Part shown: positions 34,406 through 41,642 of the stretch, one piece after another
How the letters are laid out: each line of letters starts with the position of its first letter
How positions within the stretch are numbered: position 1 is the stretch's first letter
Assembly (NCBI GenBank): GCA_964531275.1
Contig: CAZHDZ010000005.1
Coordinates: forward strand, 12,545-76,544
Direction: 5' to 3'
Source: an uncultured Gammaproteobacteria bacterium
GTDB lineage: Bacteria > Patescibacteriota > Microgenomatia > Levybacterales > GWA1-39-11
DNA length: 64,000 bases
Notes under the pieces: model-generated
Database searches by the model: none
What the model was told of the DNA's origin: nothing
What the model saw: only the letters and a program-made list of their open reading frames with translations
Made by a program: the position numbers and the translations under genes

Positions 34406-35026
34406 TTAAAATCCTAAATCTTCTGTAACGAAGATAACGCGTATTCTGTTGGGGTTAAGCTCTGCGTTAAAAATTAATATTTTCCTTGGATTGCTTCCTG
34501 CTTCTGGTCCATAAACTTCTTTCATTCTTGCGTCTTCTAGAGGAAGTATGTGCTTGTAAATTCTTTCCATGCCCTCATCTATATTTTTAACAATTTTTTT
34601 CGTAGAGACAACCCATACGACATGAGGTGCCCCATATGAATACCCAGGAAGTTGACTTCCAGAGCCAGAAGCAACAATAACTTTTCCATCTCTTGTTATG
34701 GCATGGACACTCCCAATCATATATTCGGGAGCCGCTCCGATTTTTTGCATCTGCAGACCATCCTTTTCGCGATTCAGCTTTTTTAGTTGTGATTTAACTG
34801 AATTATAGCCACCAGAATCATTTAGAAGAGTGTCGAGACCAATTTTTTCAAGTGTTTTTGAAGTTGCTGTCATGACCTCCGCACCTTTTGGAATTAGTTC
34901 AAGTGCCATTTCTTTGGCTTCTGAAGCATTTTTGGCTACCTCGGCTGTTATTCCATTTTGAGAAAGGGCAATAATGGTTGCTTGTAAGTCTTCCGAAGAG
35001 GCAAGTGTTGTGAATTTGTTTTTCAT
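34406..35026 (-). CDS. LUD-domain protein (lactate utilisation LutC/YkgG-like)
   Basis: Size and pattern (…GIDTLLNDSGGY…HAITRDGKVIVASGSGSQL…) fit DUF162/LUD. Confidence 0.5.
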   Translation of the reverse strand: MKNKFTTLASSEDLQATIIALSQNGITAEVAKNASEAKEMALELIPKGAEVMTATSKTLEKIGLDTLLNDSGGYNSVKSQLKKLNREKDGLQMQKIGAAPEYMIGSVHAITRDGKVIVASGSGSQLPGYSYGAPHVVWVVSTKKIVKNIDEGMERIYKHILPLEDARMKEVYGPEAGSNPRKILIFNAELNPNRIRVIFVTEDLGF

Positions 35027-35165
35027 GTATTAAAGTACTATACTCACTAGGTTATTAATCAACAAGTACATACAATTACGTGGTATACTACCAAAAAGGA
35101 TACTAAGTATTTATTCAGCTTGATTTAAGCCTTTTTTGCAATAATGACTTGGTATTAAAAAAAAG

Positions 35166-35200
35166 TCTTGGCTACGCTAAGCAGAGCTTGGCTACGCTAA
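35166..35200 (+). promoter_or_regulatory. Direct repeat 2x CTTGGCTACGCTAAG (35166-35180, 35186-35200) immediately upstream of the HxlR-family regulator gene; candidate operator
   Basis: Exact 15-mer twice, 5-bp spacer. The same 16-mer occurs in reverse orientation inside the 88-bp repeats at 45650-45665 and 45775-45790. Confidence 0.5.
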
Positions 35201-35223
35201 GTTACGTTTTTAATAATTCAACT

Positions 35224-35619
35224 ATGACAAAACCTATATCACTGGGGTGCTCTTCAGTAAAAGTGACCTTAGAAGTAATGGGCGGCAAATGGAAACCACT
35301 TATTATGTTTTTACTGGTTGACCAGACCCTTAGGTTCTCAGAACTTCAAAGAAATATTGTTCAGATAACTCAAAAGATGCTCACAGAGCAATTAAGAGAA
35401 CTTGAAAAAGATGGACTAATTTCTAGAAAAGTTTATCCTCAAGTTCCCCCAAAGGTTGAATACTCAATGACTGCATACGGAAGAACTTTATTGCCAGTGT
35501 TAGAAACTATGCATAATTGGGGTCAAACACATAGGAATTCGTTAGAATCCAAAACTGAAAATCTTAAATCAAAATCAGTAAATCCTCAGGTAACTACTCA
35601 CCAAACCACATCTATCTAG
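35224..35619 (+). CDS. HxlR-family winged-helix transcriptional regulator
   Basis: CSSVKVTLEVMGGKWKPLIMFLL...RFSELQRNI..ITQKMLTEQLRELEKDGLISRKVYPQVPPKVEYSMT. The ATG at 35224 is chosen over the track start at 35149, which lies inside the repeat region. Confidence 0.8.
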   Translation: MTKPISLGCSSVKVTLEVMGGKWKPLIMFLLVDQTLRFSELQRNIVQITQKMLTEQLRELEKDGLISRKVYPQVPPKVEYSMTAYGRTLLPVLETMHNWGQTHRNSLESKTENLKSKSVNPQVTTHQTTSI

Positions 35620-35797
35620 TCACTTTTGATTAGCCCCAAACATTTCCTTATTTAACCTTTATTTGTTGGAACGGTATTGTAACAACTGGATCTTGTGGGG
35701 CAACACTTGTAGATTGGGGCTTGTAGCTATTTATAAGAATGAAAGCAATGACTAAAATAAGGCCTACACAAATTATAAGTTGAAGAAGTGAAAATCT

Positions 35798-35850
35798 GAG
35801 TCCTTTCATCTCTACTCATTGTAACTCTTTCATTGATTCCTTACTATTCT
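35798..35850 (+). repeat. Possible degenerate copy D of the intergenic element family
   Basis: gagtcctttcatctctactcatt...tttcattgat resembles copy B (gagtcctgtcatgtcttttccccatt...tttcattgat). Confidence 0.3.
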
Positions 35851-35889
35851 TTTGTTGTGCTTTCATTATTGAAAGATAAAGTAGACTAT

Positions 35890-36141
35890 ATGAATGTGCA
35901 CAAGATGTCTAAATCTAATCGTCACTACAGTGGGAGAGGCATTAGTGTTTTTGAAAACTTAAGCGATGTGCAGAAATATCTTTCAATTGTAAATTATCCG
36001 GCAACAAAGGAAGAAATATTTAAAAAGGTTGCAAGCCAGGGAGCAAATAGTAATGTAATAACTCTTTTTCAGGTTCTTCCCCCAGACAGAACCTATCACA
36101 CGCCTAAGGATGCTTTAAAAGCATTAGGATTAAATAACTAA
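35890..36141 (+). CDS. DUF2795-like small protein
   Basis: VQKYLSIVNYPATKEEIFKKVASQGANSNVITLFQVLPPDRTYHTPKDALKALG matches the DUF2795 consensus from memory. Start trimmed from the track's 35833 to the ATG at 35890. Confidence 0.45.
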   Translation: MNVHKMSKSNRHYSGRGISVFENLSDVQKYLSIVNYPATKEEIFKKVASQGANSNVITLFQVLPPDRTYHTPKDALKALGLNN

Positions 36142-36154
36142 GAAAGGAGGTTAT

Positions 36155-36355
36155 ATGCCAAAGTATAGTAAAAAGGCCCAAGACAAAATTTCAGATGTTA
36201 TGCATGAATTTGGAGAAGGCAAGTTAAAATCTGGCAATAGCAACAAAAAAGTTACAAGTCGAAAGCAGGCCATTGCTATTGGAATTTCTGAAGCTCGTGA
36301 AAAAGGACTAAAAGTGCCACGTGACACAAAGATTGGAAGACATATATCAGGCTAA
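36155..36355 (+). CDS. Small conserved basic protein (GEGKLKSG...SRKQAIAIGISEAR motif)
   Basis: Strong SD (aaggagg) 7 nt upstream. A short conserved-looking motif; family name uncertain. Confidence 0.45.
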   Translation: MPKYSKKAQDKISDVMHEFGEGKLKSGNSNKKVTSRKQAIAIGISEAREKGLKVPRDTKIGRHISG

Positions 36356-36894
36356 ACTTTCAAGAAGTGTCCAACAATAAGACCAATCGATGTTGCAATT
36401 GAACCAATAATAAATAGTTCGATAGCGCTTCTTAGAGGCTTATGCTCAACAAGATAACCTTTCAAATATCCAATCAAGAAAAGTCCAACAAAAGACGACA
36501 TGATGGCTATAATTCTCGCCTCGGGTTGTCTAAATAAAAGCGTTGGGATAATTGAGAACATCCCTCCGATTAAATAGGCGAAAAACATGATAACGGCTCC
36601 GAAAAGCAAACTGTCAGTATGCTTACCTGTTTTGTCCATTTGGTGAACTGCCTTTTCAGAGGTGTATTGACCAGCAGCCATTGAAGTTGCTTCCACCATA
36701 ACTGCAACCAGGGCTGCCAGTACTATAATTGGTTTACTAGATACTCCCGTCGATATACCCACAACAACTCCAGTTGTGGAGACAATTCCATCTTGGAGTC
36801 CAAACATGAGTGAGCGCAGGTAGTCTTCGTGAATTTTCATATAAGTAGTATATCTCTTATCTCTTGTTTTTAAAACTGTGTCTGATACTATCAA
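36352..36894 (-). CDS. VIT1/CCC1-family membrane protein (putative Fe/Mn transporter)
   Basis: LMFGLQDGIVSTTGVVVGIS signature followed by TM helices. Confidence 0.55.
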   Translation of the reverse strand: MIVSDTVLKTRDKRYTTYMKIHEDYLRSLMFGLQDGIVSTTGVVVGISTGVSSKPIIVLAALVAVMVEATSMAAGQYTSEKAVHQMDKTGKHTDSLLFGAVIMFFAYLIGGMFSIIPTLLFRQPEARIIAIMSSFVGLFLIGYLKGYLVEHKPLRSAIELFIIGSIATSIGLIVGHFLKV

Positions 36895-36902
36895 TTTAAT
36901 AA

Positions 36903-37640
36903 ATGCCTAAAGAAAAGAACGCAGGTATATTTATTTCAGGCGATGGAACCACAATGGAGTCCGGACCTCTTGCGGCTCGGAAGGTAAATAGGTTAGGTGT
37001 TAATATTCCAGTAGTCATTTCTAGTAATCCTGACGCTCGTGGTTTAGGCCGAGCAAGAGCTCACAAAATTCAGACAGAGATAGTTGACCCGAGAGACTTC
37101 CGAATCGATGGAAAATTTAGCCTAGATAGTCAAGCGGCTTATGAAGAAAGGATAAACGAAATTTCTGACAATTATGAGCTTGATATGGCAATACTTATGG
37201 GGTGGAAAGCAAAATTATCTGATAGGGTAATTGGACATATACCTTTTGTGATGGGTACTCATCCAGGGCCATTGCCTGAAACTGCGAAGGGATTTGGAAT
37301 AGTGCCATATGAAACAATGCGTCAATTTACACAACTTACCGGTCGAAACAATGGGACCGAGGTAGTTGTGCAGAGACTATATCCAGGTAGAGGATGGGAC
37401 GAAGGTCCGATCTTGGGATCAAGAAGGGTTCCAATTCTGGGGAATGATACTGGACTTAGCCTGCAGGCAAGGGGAAAATTAAGCGAAGGACCATTGGTTA
37501 ATGAAGTAATCGGAGATTTATTAGCAAATCGTCTTACAGAGCAAGGACAGGTTTTTAAATACATGCAGCCCGGAGAAGAAGTCTTATTAGCTCAAGCGGA
37601 CCAAAACGCACGGGTATACGCCAAACAAATTGGCGGTTAA
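36903..37640 (+). CDS. Formyltransferase-domain protein, PurN-like
   Basis: The N-terminus AGIFISGDGTTME...VNIPVVISSNPDARGLGRARAHKIQTEIVDPRDF parallels PurN (IAVLISGRGSNLQA...VISNKPDAYGLERA...DHKDF). HPGPLPE corresponds to PurN HPSLLP. Confidence 0.6.
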   Translation: MPKEKNAGIFISGDGTTMESGPLAARKVNRLGVNIPVVISSNPDARGLGRARAHKIQTEIVDPRDFRIDGKFSLDSQAAYEERINEISDNYELDMAILMGWKAKLSDRVIGHIPFVMGTHPGPLPETAKGFGIVPYETMRQFTQLTGRNNGTEVVVQRLYPGRGWDEGPILGSRRVPILGNDTGLSLQARGKLSEGPLVNEVIGDLLANRLTEQGQVFKYMQPGEEVLLAQADQNARVYAKQIGG

Positions 37641-37642
37641 AT

Positions 37643-38188
37643 ATGGCAGGCGAACATGATAATCCAAGAGAAGATGGGAGTGGGAAATTGGTTGATGGAG
37701 ATCCAGCTGTCCGTGTAGTTTTGGGAGGACCTAAAGACGTGGAGGGCATGTCCGGTGCTATTAAGGTATTGAACGATTTTGGAGTAACGCACGAAGTTAT
37801 ACATTATGAACCGGAATTTTTACAACAAATGGATTCAGGAGTTGGACTAATTATCGCCGCTGCCGGTGAAGATCCTGTCTTGCCAGTAGTGTTAGCGTTA
37901 AGAAACACACAAATGGTTGTTGGGGTTCCTCTTGTAACAGAAAAATCCAATGGTTTTAATAATCTACTTGCTTTGGCCGTCTTTCCGACAACGTTAGAAC
38001 CTGAAGTTCCTATCCCTCTTGCCTTTGTGGGAATAGGACGAGCTGACAATGCAGCACTGCTTGCTGTACAAATGTTAGCTTTAAGTGACACTGAACTATC
38101 AGGAAGATATAGTGCTTATAGAGATGAATCCCCGGCGATGGTGGCAAGACAAAACGAATGGTTACAAGGTCAGTCAAATACTAAATAA
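37643..38188 (+). CDS. PurE-fold protein with degenerate catalytic motifs (PurE-like, probably not a canonical N5-CAIR mutase)
   Basis: Fold-level match: VVLGGPKDVEGMSGAIKVLNDFGVTHEV..., ...IIAAAGEDPVLPVVLA..., ...VVGVPLVTEKSNGFNNLLALA. The PurE signature motifs GSxSD, SAHR and AAHLPG are replaced by GGPKD, HYEPEF and EDPVLP. Confidence 0.45.
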   Translation: MAGEHDNPREDGSGKLVDGDPAVRVVLGGPKDVEGMSGAIKVLNDFGVTHEVIHYEPEFLQQMDSGVGLIIAAAGEDPVLPVVLALRNTQMVVGVPLVTEKSNGFNNLLALAVFPTTLEPEVPIPLAFVGIGRADNAALLAVQMLALSDTELSGRYSAYRDESPAMVARQNEWLQGQSNTK

Positions 38189-38837
38189 CTTTTTTCGTAA
38201 AGAGTGAAGAGAGGATTTCAAAAGCTCGATTTACATCTTTGTCGTCAAAGAATAAAGTATATTCTGACGACGTTGCTGCATTCCCTAGTATATTTATTTC
38301 CTCCCAAGCAACTGACTTTAAGAAAAAATAATAGACCCCTGGGGTTTTGATGGCTTCCTCCGGAAGAGTTATCGTTATTTGTGAAACCCCTTGATGAGTA
38401 GTAAGGAAGTCCTCTTTTTTAAATTTTTCCTCGAGTTGAGGAATTAACAAATGCGTTCCGGCAAGAGTAAGCTCAGCAGCCCCAATCGTGACAGAGGTTA
38501 TAGATCCCTTTATTCGGTTCAAGAATAAGTTGCTCATAGCATCCTCAGTTTCACGGGTGCGTTGAATAGTCGTAAGAATCAGGCCAGATCTTATAACCAT
38601 TTCAGGAGGGTGCTTAAAAATAGAATGGATTTTCGATTTAGGCTTGATATCTTTTTCAAGTCGCTTTAGGGCCATGACAATTGCGCCACTGCTTACTTTC
38701 TTAATAAGCATAGATTCAAGTTCTGGCTTGATATAGCGTGCGAGGGAAGAGTGGTTAATAATACCTTTTGAAAGTGCTTCAGAGAGATAGCGTGAGCGCT
38801 CAACAATTCGTTTGGTTCCTTCGGGTACGGTTATCAT
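38181..38837 (-). CDS. Hypothetical protein (possibly ACT-like regulatory domains)
   Basis: ORF only; weak resemblance to ACT-domain proteins. Confidence 0.35.
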   Translation of the reverse strand: MITVPEGTKRIVERSRYLSEALSKGIINHSSLARYIKPELESMLIKKVSSGAIVMALKRLEKDIKPKSKIHSIFKHPPEMVIRSGLILTTIQRTRETEDAMSNLFLNRIKGSITSVTIGAAELTLAGTHLLIPQLEEKFKKEDFLTTHQGVSQITITLPEEAIKTPGVYYFFLKSVAWEEINILGNAATSSEYTLFFDDKDVNRAFEILSSLFTKKVI

Positions 38838-38916
38838 ATAAATTAGTATTCAACAAATTTGTTAGAATTTTAACATAAATTGTAGAAATGTTGTTAATTA
38901 TTTAAAAATTGACCGC

Positions 38917-39285
38917 ATGAATTTATTAATTTATCATAGCTTTATGACTCAAGAAGAACTATCTTTACACATCGCAGACTACGAAGGGTTTGTCGACAGA
39001 CGAAAGCCATGGCAGCCAAGAGTAGACCCTTTGCAGCTGAGTATTGCAGATGGTGAAGGCATGTATGATAGACGACCTGAGGCAGAACACAATGACAATG
39101 ACGTACTTACTAGGCGCTTGAGGGTGCCAAGTACTTCTGAAAGCGCATCTTTATTTGTAGGGCAACAAAATGTTCATGAGGTTTTGAATTCAGGGACAGA
39201 AGGAAATTTAACCGAAATGCAGCAGGGCACACCTAATTTTACTCAGGGCTTCGAGGGCACGAATACCTGTATTCAAAATTCGTAA
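38917..39285 (+). CDS. Hypothetical protein
   Basis: ORF only. Confidence 0.3.
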   Translation: MNLLIYHSFMTQEELSLHIADYEGFVDRRKPWQPRVDPLQLSIADGEGMYDRRPEAEHNDNDVLTRRLRVPSTSESASLFVGQQNVHEVLNSGTEGNLTEMQQGTPNFTQGFEGTNTCIQNS

Positions 39286-39304
39286 TTCTAGATTTATTCT
39301 AAGC

Positions 39305-40564
39305 TCACAAATTCAGTACTACTTCAGCAAGACCGAGGAATACGAAGAATCCAATAACGTCCGTTGCTGTCGTAATAAATATCGTTGCAGAAGAAGCAGG
39401 ATCTTTGCCAAGGGACTTCATGATCATGGGGACTAAGGCACCAAAGAACCCGGCCGTTACGAGATTAACAATCATGGCAATTCCTATTACAAGTCCAAGC
39501 GCAGGGCTGTGGTTAAAGACGACTGCAATAGCTGCGACAATAAGACCATTGATAATACCGTTAACTCCCCCTGCAATAACCTCATTTATGATTAACTTTC
39601 GCCCAGTCTTGAGTTCTACTTCTTTAAGAACAAGTCCTCTTACAGTAACGGCTAGCGTTTGGGTTGCAGCATTTCCACCCATACCGGCCACTATTGGCAT
39701 ATAAATTGCCAGAAGGGTAAATTTCTGTATTGTGTCCTCAAATAAGCCAACAACAGCTGCTGCCATAAATGCGGTTCCCAAGTTAATAATCAGCCATTTG
39801 TAACGATATTTAACTTTTGTCATCGCAGAATCTAGAGTGTCTTCCTCTTTATCAACACCGGCAAATCCATATAGGTCCCGTGCAGTGTGCTTGCCGATTA
39901 TTTGCAAAATATCATTTGAATGAATGATTCCTAAGATGCTTTCATCTTGATCTTTTACAACCACCTTGTTGTGTGGGTTTTTAACAAACGAATTAACGAC
40001 TTTCGTAACCTCACTGTCATACCTGATTGATGGGATTTTCTTGATATGCCTATCCGTTAAGTCGCTTAATTTATGAAGGGCAAGTGTAGAGCCTGGCAGC
40101 TCTCCGACTAATTGACCATTCTCAACAATAAGAACTGTTGGGAATTTTCCATTATGTTCTTCATAGTTACTTAGATCTTCAATGATTTTCTCCAGCTTAG
40201 TTTCTTTTTCAAAAATAATGTAATTAAGGTTCATAAGACCTGCAGCAGCTTTTGGATTAAATTTAAGGAGGAATTCAACCTTGGCCTTAACTCGTTCATT
40301 CAGGCGATCTGTGATGTGTTTGGAGCGAGAGTTGGATAGTTCTTGTAATATGTCTGTTGCTTTATCTGGATCAAGGGAATTAAGAAGGAGTAGGATTTCA
40401 TCATCAGTTAGATTATTAAGAATTTCTCTTTGTATTCTTGTGGATAATTTGAGGAGGATAAAGCCTTGTCTTGCGGGTTCGATGCCCCTGAAAAGAACTA
40501 ATCTTGTTGAGCGCGATTTAGTCAATTCGGTTACTAACTTCCGATCACTCAAGACATTTGCCAT
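39305..40564 (-). CDS. mgtE: Magnesium transporter MgtE (MgtE_N + CBS pair + TM domain)
   Basis: LLLNSLDPDKATDILQEL (MgtE_N), CBS region, and C-terminal TM domain with ATDVIGFFVFLGLAEVVL. Start set at MANVLSD (40564) so that the divergent genes do not overlap; the track ORF extends to 40762. Confidence 0.8.
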   Translation of the reverse strand: MANVLSDRKLVTELTKSRSTRLVLFRGIEPARQGFILLKLSTRIQREILNNLTDDEILLLLNSLDPDKATDILQELSNSRSKHITDRLNERVKAKVEFLLKFNPKAAAGLMNLNYIIFEKETKLEKIIEDLSNYEEHNGKFPTVLIVENGQLVGELPGSTLALHKLSDLTDRHIKKIPSIRYDSEVTKVVNSFVKNPHNKVVVKDQDESILGIIHSNDILQIIGKHTARDLYGFAGVDKEEDTLDSAMTKVKYRYKWLIINLGTAFMAAAVVGLFEDTIQKFTLLAIYMPIVAGMGGNAATQTLAVTVRGLVLKEVELKTGRKLIINEVIAGGVNGIINGLIVAAIAVVFNHSPALGLVIGIAMIVNLVTAGFFGALVPMIMKSLGKDPASSATIFITTATDVIGFFVFLGLAEVVLNL

Positions 40565-40652
40565 ATATTTAAATAGTACAAGTGTTTCTAAATAAATTGC
40601 AAGGACCTCGTATTGTTTTTGGGCAGAATAATATGCAACAATAATTATTGCT

Positions 40653-41633
40653 ATGCAGGCAAATTTCTCTATTTTGAACGGAAAGATTGTGGAATCCAGC
40701 AATGAGGAGGCTATATTGCATGTTTTTTCAACACCAACTCCTGAAGAGAAAAAGGAGATCATTCAAAGGCTTGGAGTTGATGACTATGACTTTGATGCAA
40801 CTTTAGATCCTGATGAAATTTCACGCGTAGAATTTGAACAAGATTTAACAGCTATTATTTGGAAACAACCGCATGCGGGGGATTTTTCTTTAAAAGCTCA
40901 ATTTGATGTGCTTTCTGTGGGATTTTTTATTCATAATAATTCCCTGATCTTAATAACTGATCAAGAAGATATCCCTTTTGATAAGAAAATTTTTGACGGT
41001 GTAAAGTCCGTCAATGATATTCTGCTTAGATATTTTTTCTATACAATCCGTCAGTACTTAAAGCATTTGAAAACCATCAAGCAAACAAAGTCTCGGCTTG
41101 AAAATAAGCTCAGCCAATCAATGGAGAATAAATACTTTCTACAAATGTTTGATATCAGCGAGAGCCTTGTGTACTACATTAATGCAATTGAAGCAAACGG
41201 AGCGGTGTTGTCCAAGCTTCAGACAAATGCAATACGTACGAGTCCAGACAGACTCAAATTTACAACAGACGAGCTAGATTACTTGGAGGATACAATTTTG
41301 GAAAATGCACAGAGTGCGCGCCAAGCACATATTTACAGTACCGTTCTGTCTGGACTAATGGATGCAAGAGGAAATATTATTAACAATAATATGAATGTGC
41401 TTCTGAAAAACCTCACACTCATTAATGTTATTTTCTTGCCTCTAAATCTTTTAGCAAGTATGGGAGGCATGTCAGAATTTACCGCCATGATGCATGAGTA
41501 CGGTATAAATTGGCAGCTTGGTTATTTCTTCTTTTCTGTTGCAATGGTTCTTATCGGGTGGCTGGTTTGGGTAAGTCTTAAGAAATATATTGGGCGACCG
41601 ACAAATGAAGAAGAGCTAGAAAAAATTGCATAA
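40653..41633 (+). CDS. CorA-family divalent-cation transporter homologue with variant signature (GMS instead of GMN)
   Basis: The C-terminus has two TM helices and LINVIFLPLNLLASMGGMSEF in place of CorA's ..IFLPLTFIAGIYGMNF. Confidence 0.6.
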   Translation: MQANFSILNGKIVESSNEEAILHVFSTPTPEEKKEIIQRLGVDDYDFDATLDPDEISRVEFEQDLTAIIWKQPHAGDFSLKAQFDVLSVGFFIHNNSLILITDQEDIPFDKKIFDGVKSVNDILLRYFFYTIRQYLKHLKTIKQTKSRLENKLSQSMENKYFLQMFDISESLVYYINAIEANGAVLSKLQTNAIRTSPDRLKFTTDELDYLEDTILENAQSARQAHIYSTVLSGLMDARGNIINNNMNVLLKNLTLINVIFLPLNLLASMGGMSEFTAMMHEYGINWQLGYFFFSVAMVLIGWLVWVSLKKYIGRPTNEEELEKIA

Positions 41634-41642
41634 TATTTACAT

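Noticed and set aside
40565-40762. Extended N-terminus of MgtE (track start at 40762) overlapping the CorA-like gene start by about 110 bp
   Set aside because: The first 66 codons are hydrophobic and low-complexity and precede the conserved MgtE_N domain. The internal Met at 40564 gives a non-overlapping divergent arrangement. The extended start is possible but less parsimonious.
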